Of a stretch of DNA of 42,273 bases, positions 35,701-42,273 are shown in pieces. Position 1 is the stretch's first letter. Every line of letters starts with the position of its first letter. The DNA is from a virus (Duplodnaviria; Caudoviricetes). The position numbers and the translations under genes were made by a program. Location of the stretch: IMG/VR virus record IMGVR_UViG_3300025654_000018, positions 1 to 42,273 of that record; one strand, written 5' to 3'. The notes under the pieces are model-generated. The model made no database searches. It was not told the origin of the DNA and saw only the letters and a list, made by a program, of their open reading frames with translations.

Positions 35701-36217
35701 TACCGCCAAGATGCTGTACGGCACTGACAACAACAGGTGCGGCTATACCACCTATGAGTGACCCTGCTGGGCTAAACATAGACCCAACAGCCGCGCCACC
35801 AACCCTTGCTAACTGCTGACCAGCAAACTGTGCACCTTGCTCTAATGCCGCTTTTGGTAAGTACCTGTATGCGTAGGAGCCATCTTCATCACCTTCAATA
35901 AACTTAGCAGATGCTGACTCATAGCCTTCTGGGGCTTCAGTTAAGTTTGTTAGAAACTCACCAGTCTTTTCAGCACCCAATACTCTAGCAGTTGTACCCA
36001 TAGCATCCAAAGGTGCGTCTACACCCTGCAATAAAGCCTCTTTAAAACCACCTGTAGGGCTGTTGATACCAGTGTTATTACTGTTATCAACTGATGCTGG
36101 CTGTTCTTGTCCAGTATCTCCTAAGTGTTCCTTTAAAGCCGCTAATGCGCCTTCCTGTGTTTCACCTGTGATGTCATATACTTTACCATCTGGTGCGGTA
36201 ATCTCGAATGTTGGCAT
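32792..36217 (-). CDS. Large internal virion/DNA ejection protein with HExxH motif
   Basis: 1141 aa; Gly/Ala-rich helical segments; Pro-rich linkers; LLHEVAHG. Confidence 0.7.
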   Translation of the reverse strand: MPTFEITAPDGKVYDITGETQEGALAALKEHLGDTGQEQPASVDNSNNTGINSPTGGFKEALLQGVDAPLDAMGTTARVLGAEKTGEFLTNLTEAPEGYESASAKFIEGDEDGSYAYRYLPKAALEQGAQFAGQQLARVGGAAVGSMFSPAGSLIGGIAAPVVVSAVQHLGGIAEERARNQGREKPNKDDFLYASTTTAGIALLDSLGLGSGKVFATALKEFGTESLQSVVEQTGTSVNTEAGLNIDPRQAVGEGIIGGASAGGVNTAISTVSKTGEVVFKPRQELDPEVDQAAGDVARMLNEIASDEGLNLKNIDPTSKKGANTALDTARSKNTTDINTAAKILRKEVLKGADTATLERFNQAIKNANTKVGTVVSNEDIKFIKDTVGKALEGQQLVQSLYKSNVVTELYAAGLKGGFSKFTDNFNPIPQIGKSYDPARSIGTMLNLGAIAGTGGSSLLTQVPLVAGGRAIDAVTGRRSKVNRFVKKNKKSTGMSTPVGITVEGRTKRLKNAQTAANNAKIATAKAKADAGKQALFVKMYEEGLHPNPTSPRGIAFEGLREVGNLGDMTPAQIDAEIMRVINRRLAKGADADVRRALNAYKSHLKTGKMPDSDQTLSYTVGVIKGGFKFPKIDPAAPTSPASPTPPAPPQRSPEVQQGIDDNRQFVQNLIDKLDKDKAVSDSDRLVLNNSLSEYQLSLGKDPKTASQSLVDRARKNLSNEKLADKYLMPYHTRVVSQQAAINTGVDKPNGDTGTTGSPPTSVSPTPPVLEPTPTNPPNPKETGGGTQQEPNVGDGGGQGVLGTPEPVVTKPPSPAEVKAELPEAEALIEIGKKGTKYENGIQDWASALDAAKKLGLQVNLFKSISRMREDAKFRYGTIKPTTQAFFSDYNNKGGAGGTIFTMVPNASKGLNKETKKLKRVTEIEAIKSLLHEVAHGVTQGNLTGKGISKPYSKLGKNAFTGQMNKYGDGTFTGSIIAPVLMEYHQLKDNSPIFDEINNLQWNIKAYAENNPKSTVAIRSFSTRIEELMSNNPTMTKGEAADVVSEGLPKYQKYAMNFAEAAVDPVWVYMFNPKLAKELMPETTKVIRDEFKKAGNKQIRFYSSSFATILAIVSAMVAKESGEDEEPTEGILSPQEGILSA

Positions 36218-36228
36218 ATCTGTACCTA

Positions 36229-37845
36229 TTATTTCTGTTTAGTTACTATTGAATAGCCTCCAACCACAGCTGGCTTAGACTTGTCAGTTACAGGCTCTGG
36301 AACATCGACACCTTGCATTCTGTACCACTCGCGTTGTTGTGCTTCTACAGCGGCAACAGCTTTCTTGTATTGTACTTCTATTGCATTTAGGTTCTTAACA
36401 AACTGTGCTCTTGATGAAGACTGTTTTAATGAACCTAGTGATTTTCTTAATAGTGCAAGTTCTATGTTTGAAACCTGACCTAAAGCACCACCAGTTGGTG
36501 AATCATCACGCATCTTTTGTAGCCTGTCAAACCCGATAGATGCTTCAATTGTATCAATAGCGTTTGCTGTATCATGTGCATCTGTACCAGCTACGTGAGA
36601 CATAGCATAACCAAAGAGACCAGTATTGTTGTCAAATGGGTTAAATGCACTTTCGTTTGCTAACCTACCTTTGATGTCAGTAATGGCAGTCAATGCGGCC
36701 TGTTTATAGACAGCACTAGGCATACCCATTGCTTTCTTATTTTTGTCAGCCTTGTCTTTTTGTGCTTGTATTCTGGCTTCAGCAAGTCTTGTTGCCTCTG
36801 CTTTGTTGAATGCGTCAGTCTCTGCCTGTCTGTTAGCATCTTTAATGTTACCAAACTCGTCTGTTGCGGCTTTCATTGCACCAGAGAAACCTTGAGATGA
36901 CCCACCAACAATAGCACCACCGATACGCATAAGTGCTTCGTTCCTGTTGATCTTACCAAAAGGCATAGCAGAACCACGGGCGTTTGCAGACACTGCGCTA
37001 CCTTTGCGATCATTAGAGGATGTAGTATCAGTGTTTAAGATGCCGTTACCTTTAGGTTTAGTCCCGTCTTTGGTATTCAATACGCCCTCTGGTACATCTG
37101 TCTGTGGTATTTCCATGTAAGGGTCAAGACGAGCACCTACAGGCATCTCAGAGTCTGGCATAATGGAGCCATTTGGCATTCTATGGTGTCCATCTGGAGT
37201 GGGTGTGTATGGGTATAGGTTCTCTCCAGCTACCATGTCATCTATAGGATCATCCTGTTTTACATTAGGTATGTCCATGTAGGGGTCTAAACGTGCGCCT
37301 GTAGGCATTGGTGACGTAAAATCAGCAAGCAACGGAGGCTCTTCAACTTTATCTAGCTGTCCAAAATCATTTTCTTCTGGGTTGTTGTAAAGAACAGGTT
37401 CAGTGTACGCAGACGGGACTTTATTACCATCATCGAAAAGAGTAGTGGTAGGGTCTTTCTGTGCCCGACTTACTGCGGCAAGAGACTTAGCACGTTGGTC
37501 TAGTGCATAATCTTCACCAAACTCTTCAGCGTCTTTTTTTTGTTGGTCTATAACTTCGCCGCGAGTTGGGTCACTAAGTATACCTTTTAAGAAATTATTT
37601 CTTCGAGGTGCTTCTAACTCTTCAAGTGCCGTCATTTCAGGGTCTTTGGCTACTTCTAAAAAAGAGTTTGCCATATACACAAGTGTCTTTGGGTCGTTCT
37701 TGTATTTTTCGTATATTTCTGGATTAGTAATTTTTAAGCTGTCAATGTTTTGTTGTATAACGCTGTTTGAGTTACCTGTATTTAACACTGGAGGCATCGG
37801 TGGACTATAGTTAGGGTAGCTTTGTGATAGAACTGGTTGTCTCAT
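36229..37845 (-). CDS. Internal virion/ejection protein
   Basis: 538 aa; C-terminal FDRLQKMR..SPTGGALGQVSNIEL; position among ejection genes. Confidence 0.65.
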   Translation of the reverse strand: MRQPVLSQSYPNYSPPMPPVLNTGNSNSVIQQNIDSLKITNPEIYEKYKNDPKTLVYMANSFLEVAKDPEMTALEELEAPRRNNFLKGILSDPTRGEVIDQQKKDAEEFGEDYALDQRAKSLAAVSRAQKDPTTTLFDDGNKVPSAYTEPVLYNNPEENDFGQLDKVEEPPLLADFTSPMPTGARLDPYMDIPNVKQDDPIDDMVAGENLYPYTPTPDGHHRMPNGSIMPDSEMPVGARLDPYMEIPQTDVPEGVLNTKDGTKPKGNGILNTDTTSSNDRKGSAVSANARGSAMPFGKINRNEALMRIGGAIVGGSSQGFSGAMKAATDEFGNIKDANRQAETDAFNKAEATRLAEARIQAQKDKADKNKKAMGMPSAVYKQAALTAITDIKGRLANESAFNPFDNNTGLFGYAMSHVAGTDAHDTANAIDTIEASIGFDRLQKMRDDSPTGGALGQVSNIELALLRKSLGSLKQSSSRAQFVKNLNAIEVQYKKAVAAVEAQQREWYRMQGVDVPEPVTDKSKPAVVGGYSIVTKQK

Positions 37846-37857
37846 TATAATCCTCCT

Positions 37858-38898
37858 TTATCTCATGTGTGGGTTTGCTGTTGCACCTACAGTTGGCCTA
37901 TAGAATGATGTTTGCGGTGTTTGCTGTGGGAAATACTCTTGCTGAAAACCAAAGCCAGCCATACCACCACCTAGTGCGGCGGCATACGGATTATTCATGT
38001 TAGCTTGTACGCCATTACCAGACGAGTTTGGAGCCTTACCCAAGATACCTGATTGATAGCCTTTACGCTGATTCATCTCAAAGTCACGTTGGTCTTCAAA
38101 TCGTTGCCTCTGGTCATTAAGGTTTGCTTGGTTGTAACCTTGTAAACTGTTACCAGCGTTCATACCGAAGTTAGCACCTTGTCCTAGAGTATTCATACCA
38201 ACACCGTAAGCACTTTGGATGCTTTGGTTTGCCTGTCCAGCACCTTGCAATGCAGAACCTTGGTCACGGAACTGTTGTGCCTGTTGGCCTAGACTACGGT
38301 CAATAAGACTATTCTGGATGTTTGTAGCTACATCAGCACGTCTGTCGTCATATGCTCGGTTAGCTACTGCTTCCGCTACACCAGCGCGACTAGAGTTCAT
38401 GTTACCAGAACCCATTGCCGCCATGTCTATGCCAGTCAAAGTGTTCTCTTGTAGGTTACGACGGTCATCACGCATTGCGGCGTCTACTAGACCACCAGAG
38501 TTTGCTGATGCGTAGTTCATAGCGTTGCCAAGGCGGTCTTGCTGTGCCGCTTCTGACATCCCTTGATACTGTCCGTACAATGAGTTGGCGTTGTTGCCAA
38601 AGCCAGCTGTATTGCCCATCATGGCATTACCACTGTTCATCATATTAGTACCATAGCCGCCCATAGTATTAGCTGTGCCTGTCTGGAACTGGTTAGGTGC
38701 GGCGTATGTTTGTCCTTGGTAGGCTCCAGTGTTTAAGACACCACCTAACGCACCTTCAGAACCAGATAAGTTATTATCCACGTATGGTTTGTATTGGTTA
38801 AACGCCGCCATCTTTGCGGCATTTGCTTTGTCCATAGATTTTGATTGCATCTTTGAGCCAAGTAAGCTGGCTCCAGCACCTATAATTGCGCCCCACAT
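37858..38898 (-). CDS. DNA transfer/pilot (ejection) protein
   Basis: MWGAIIGAGASLLG N-terminus; G/Q/N/A-rich; SSRAG motif. Confidence 0.7.
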   Translation of the reverse strand: MWGAIIGAGASLLGSKMQSKSMDKANAAKMAAFNQYKPYVDNNLSGSEGALGGVLNTGAYQGQTYAAPNQFQTGTANTMGGYGTNMMNSGNAMMGNTAGFGNNANSLYGQYQGMSEAAQQDRLGNAMNYASANSGGLVDAAMRDDRRNLQENTLTGIDMAAMGSGNMNSSRAGVAEAVANRAYDDRRADVATNIQNSLIDRSLGQQAQQFRDQGSALQGAGQANQSIQSAYGVGMNTLGQGANFGMNAGNSLQGYNQANLNDQRQRFEDQRDFEMNQRKGYQSGILGKAPNSSGNGVQANMNNPYAAALGGGMAGFGFQQEYFPQQTPQTSFYRPTVGATANPHMR

Positions 38899-38915
38899 AT
38901 AATATTCCTTTTATT

Positions 38916-39197
38916 TTATACAGCTATCCACGCTGTGCCGTTGTAGACAACAAGTTTAGATACGCCTGATCCTATTGGTTCCCAAGGTGATACGGCATAA
39001 CGCACCATGCCCTTTCTTGGGTTGGTAGGTTCTCTGTCGGTTACTTGGATACTTGCGTCTGCTAATGATTTTATAGACGCTTCGATTTCTCTGAGTTCCT
39101 CTTGCAAATAGTTTGCTAAGAACTCTGGAGATAGTGTTGGTGCTTGGCGTCTAACGTAAGTAGACACCAGCATATTAATCTTATCTGAGATAGCCAT
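38916..39197 (-). CDS. Small virion/tail protein
   Basis: YLQEELREI..PRKGMVRYA..WEP..YNGTAW. Confidence 0.65.
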   Translation of the reverse strand: MAISDKINMLVSTYVRRQAPTLSPEFLANYLQEELREIEASIKSLADASIQVTDREPTNPRKGMVRYAVSPWEPIGSGVSKLVVYNGTAWIAV

Positions 39198-39201
39198 ATT
39201 G

Positions 39202-40806
39202 TTATCTCCTACCAGTCACAGTGATCTCGACATCCATACCTGTAAAGTTGAAGTCCTTGTCTACTCCAGCTGTCATTTTGTACGACAAGTATCTGCCAGC
39301 CATACGGGTATCCACTTTGTAGTTGTATAGGGCATCAAAACTTACATCAGACCCATAGTTAGGGGTGGCGTGTGGTAAATCTGCGGCTCCAAAAGTAAAG
39401 ACAAAGCTACCTTCTGAACTGTCTGTAGAAATCTGTGGTGTAATCTTAGATATAATCTTATAGCCAGTCAGGGGTATACCTTGGTCATCAAGGTCAAGAC
39501 CTACGCGTTCAAGGAAGAACGGCTTGGATACATCTGTGTCTATAGATTGCGACAGTGATCCTTTTTCAATCAAGTCGATACCGTAGACTTTACTGTTGGC
39601 TACTCCATCTCCAGCTTTTGCTAGAACAAGTGGATGCCTTTGGTATGGGCTTTCTTGGGTGTGGTACGATCCACCTATGTTGTCGTAGGTAGTCGTTGCA
39701 TCTGCGTATGTAGACACAGAGTTTACGTTGGCTTGTGCCCCTGCAACTACGTTAGGTAAATCATAGAATGACCATATGTCTTCTTTGTAGTTGTAGACAG
39801 CGGCTCGGTTACATGCGTCACCCTCTGCATAGACAGCCATATCGTCACCCGTGTGGTAACAGAAGTATAACTCTTCAAGCAGGGAGTTATGTAAGACAAA
39901 ACACTGTTCAGTCTTTGAGTTGTCTAGGCCGTTGAAGATATACTCACGGATTCTACCGTCACATATAGACTGTCTGGTGTTACCATCAGTCACGTATATG
40001 TCATCTCTATCGAAGACATAGTGTTTACCTTCAACCTCTTGGATGCAGTTCTGGTTGATTACCCCAGCATCGTCGAATAGTTTTCTAAAGTTAAAGATAA
40101 AAGCACCACCGACAAACTCCATCATCCACACTTGGTCTTGTGAGTAGACAAGGAAGTTGGAGCCTAAAGTAGCACCATCAACTATGGGGGTCTTCATTTG
40201 CACTAGGTCATTGAATCCAGCACTGTTGGTAAGGTCTGAGGCATCCCATGTACTAGGGACTTGGTTAGCTAACACGGGGTCACTAAAGCGAACCCTGTTA
40301 GGGAAGTCCGTACCACTCTCTACTGTGCCTAGTGCAAGTAAGAAGTCACCATATGATCTCATGGCTGTCGTGGTTACGCCACTAGGCCAGTTGGTCAATG
40401 CAGTAAAGTTAGTTGCGCTGGGTACTCTATGTACTGGCACAGTGTTTGATCTGTTGATATACTGAACGTCTGCAAGTATTGTAGCTGTCACGGGTGTAAT
40501 AGGGGATGCAGACAAAGAACTGTTGAACTTCTGTGCTAGGACGCCATTAGACATCTCATAGATGTCGAAGGTATCATCCACCACTATGACTGTATCAAAA
40601 CCCGTGAGGGCATCAATGCCGTATATGAACTTAGGAGTAATTGATAGGTTGCCTGAGATGCTCCTGTAAATTGGTGCTCTAGTTACCTTGGCTTCATTGA
40701 ACCTGACGTTCTTGGCTCTGGTGTAGGCATTGATGGGTAGGCTGTATGGGTCAATGTCTGTAATGACACCAACAGACCCAAGCCCACGTATTGGGAGGTT
40801 AGTCAT
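39202..40806 (-). CDS. Tail nozzle/DNA stabilisation protein (P22 gp10-like)
   Basis: 534 aa, beta-rich; AKNVRF; NRVRFSD; position upstream of ejection proteins. Confidence 0.65.
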   Translation of the reverse strand: MTNLPIRGLGSVGVITDIDPYSLPINAYTRAKNVRFNEAKVTRAPIYRSISGNLSITPKFIYGIDALTGFDTVIVVDDTFDIYEMSNGVLAQKFNSSLSASPITPVTATILADVQYINRSNTVPVHRVPSATNFTALTNWPSGVTTTAMRSYGDFLLALGTVESGTDFPNRVRFSDPVLANQVPSTWDASDLTNSAGFNDLVQMKTPIVDGATLGSNFLVYSQDQVWMMEFVGGAFIFNFRKLFDDAGVINQNCIQEVEGKHYVFDRDDIYVTDGNTRQSICDGRIREYIFNGLDNSKTEQCFVLHNSLLEELYFCYHTGDDMAVYAEGDACNRAAVYNYKEDIWSFYDLPNVVAGAQANVNSVSTYADATTTYDNIGGSYHTQESPYQRHPLVLAKAGDGVANSKVYGIDLIEKGSLSQSIDTDVSKPFFLERVGLDLDDQGIPLTGYKIISKITPQISTDSSEGSFVFTFGAADLPHATPNYGSDVSFDALYNYKVDTRMAGRYLSYKMTAGVDKDFNFTGMDVEITVTGRR

Positions 40807-40824
40807 GGGCTACTTACTCCGTTC

Positions 40825-41562
40825 TTATGTTTTCATTATGTATGCTAGGGCATAGTAAGGGGGAACTGTGTCTACAGTTGCCGTATGGTTGTGGTTGCCC
40901 TGTGTGGATATACTGTGGGTATGGGAGAAAGACCTGTCGCCACTAACATGCTTTATGCTTTCTAGTGTCTCATTTATCTCATTAGCTCCTGTACCAGCGA
41001 TTAGTCTGCCTGATACTGACGTCCCAAAATTTGACCCACTGTTACCCCAACCATCTCTAGGTATTGTAACTGCTGTTGAACCAGTGTTACCGCCGTGGTT
41101 ATGACCGCCAGCACTGTTAGTTGTTATAGAGTCTGTAGTAGAACCACCAGTAGCGTTGACACCATAGGATGAACCAGCACCCACCACAAACCGATTACGA
41201 AGGTCTGGGGTACTGTTGGAACCATTACATAAGACCCAACCAGAAGGGATCGCTGAGACTGCCCCAGACCACATTATGATACCACCAGTAGGCACTGCCG
41301 CACCTCCAGCTAGGGTATTCATCTGTGCTGTCGTGGCAGTCAATCCGTCTAGCTTATTGATCTCTGATGTAGACGCTGTGACACCATCGAGAACATTGAG
41401 TTCTGTGTGTGATGCCGTGATTGCTCCAGTGACGTTCGGTAACGTGGAAAGAAGGGTGCTCTTGATTAATCGTAAGTGGTCGTCAGCTTGCGCCAAGCCG
41501 TCTGTGGAGGCTGGGTTTGAGGAGACTAGGGAGTTAATGTATGTGCCTGTTTCAAGTGCCAT
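40825..41562 (-). CDS. Tail collar domain protein
   Basis: PTGGIIMWSG..IPSGWVLCNG..TPDLRNRFVVGAG; HxH repeats; PPYYALAYIMK. Confidence 0.85.
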   Translation of the reverse strand: MALETGTYINSLVSSNPASTDGLAQADDHLRLIKSTLLSTLPNVTGAITASHTELNVLDGVTASTSEINKLDGLTATTAQMNTLAGGAAVPTGGIIMWSGAVSAIPSGWVLCNGSNSTPDLRNRFVVGAGSSYGVNATGGSTTDSITTNSAGGHNHGGNTGSTAVTIPRDGWGNSGSNFGTSVSGRLIAGTGANEINETLESIKHVSGDRSFSHTHSISTQGNHNHTATVDTVPPYYALAYIMKT

Positions 41563-41647
41563 ATCTAGGGTTCCTGACTATTGAGTAGCGGTGCTACGGG
41601 GCTAGCTATGCTAGTGTTTCTGGGGATGGCTCTTGTTTCGAAGGCCG

Positions 41648-41671
41648 AACAACAACAACAACAAGAACAAC
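41648..41671 (+). repeat. (AAC)n microsatellite inside a hairpin loop
   Basis: AACAACAACAACAACAAGAACAAC between GAAGGC (41640-45) and GCCTTC (41677-82). Confidence 0.8.
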
Positions 41672-42002
41672 CTTTAGCCTTCTTTTTGAAATTGATGTTA
41701 TTTTAAGGGTACGGGGGGTCTAATTTCCTGTGAACCTATAAAAAACTAGGGTGTATCTTGTGTAACCTGTTGTTTTCTATGGATAAGCAGGGTGCAAGGA
41801 TGATGTATCCCTCGTCGACTGCCAGTATAAATAGGAAAGACAAACGATAGACATTAGACATTGATGGGATTTTTATCTGGTTGTGCCATATATGCTTTTA
41901 AGCAAACATTGGGACATCCTCAGTCAACCCAAGACAACACAGGTAATCATCCTTCCCTGGTCAACACAAGGACAAGTGCCTGGTCAACATCAGGATAACT
42001 CC

Positions 42003-42112
42003 AGACACTATAGACATCTACCATCATCCTCATCTATGACAATCAATAGAGAGACAATCAGTCTATAGTCATCCTTAGTATCTATAGTCATCTATAGTCG
42101 TCCTAGTCTATG
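42003..42112 (+). repeat. Degenerate copies of the AGTCATCTAT/CTATAG repeat
   Basis: e.g. GTCTATAGTCATCCTTAGTATCTATAGTCATCTATAGTCGTCCTAGTCTAT. Confidence 0.7.
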
Positions 42113-42147
42113 GTTTCTTTATTGTTTGTCAGGTAGAGGATGCTCCT

Positions 42148-42273
42148 TAGTCATCTATAGTCATCTATAGTCATCTATAGTCATCTATAGTGTCTCGGCC
42201 TTGGGATCATCAGTCACTCAAGGGAAGTCTGAGGGAGCTGTAGTTCAACCAAGGCCTTCACTAGCCTTATAGT
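42148..42273 (+). repeat. Right copy of 126-bp terminal direct repeat, including (AGTCATCTAT)x4
   Basis: Identical to 10-135. Confidence 0.9.

Larger units (their letters stand above)
1..42273. mobile_element. Complete or near-complete temperate podophage genome: T7-like transcription/replication arm plus oppositely oriented non-T7 virion arm
   Basis: Full set of replication, packaging, virion and lysis genes, an integrase, terminal sequence duplication, and no host genes. Confidence 0.95.

Noticed and set aside
34473-35819. Long plus-strand ORFs (180 and 256 aa) and other antisense ORFs in the track
   Set aside because: Shadows of real genes on the opposite strand; no RBS or motifs
41883-42068. 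61-aa plus-strand ORF
   Set aside because: GTG start without RBS, in a repeat-rich terminal region, opposite to the arm's orientation

Overview
The window is an apparently complete (~42.1 kb plus a 126-bp terminal duplication) temperate marine-type podophage genome with two convergent arms that meet at a bidirectional terminator (16015-16061). The left arm (+) is T7/Autographiviridae-like. It carries small early genes, a tyrosine integrase, single-subunit RNA polymerase, gp2.5 SSB, gp3 endonuclease, gp4 primase-helicase, MazG, Pol A, a gp5.7-like gene, gp6 exonuclease, DUF3310 and a class II RNR. The right arm (-) is not T7-like: tail collar, P22 gp10-like protein, ejection proteins, TerS/TerL, portal, scaffold, DUF5309-type capsid, several tail fibres, an unexplained exported-protein module and GH108 lysis genes. 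The most striking signals are non-coding. (1) The 5' half of a tRNA-Tyr(GUA) lies behind a sigma70-type promoter at the left end; it is probably an attP that restores the 5' end and promoter of the host tRNA. (2) A 20-bp putative phage-RNAP promoter occurs twice; one copy points leftward off the left end and can reach the virion genes only after the ends are joined. (3) A candidate ~95-nt anti-Shine-Dalgarno small RNA follows the RNAP gene. The host is inferred to be an alphaproteobacterium (Roseobacter-group-like). All family assignments come from motif recognition by eye, not database searches.
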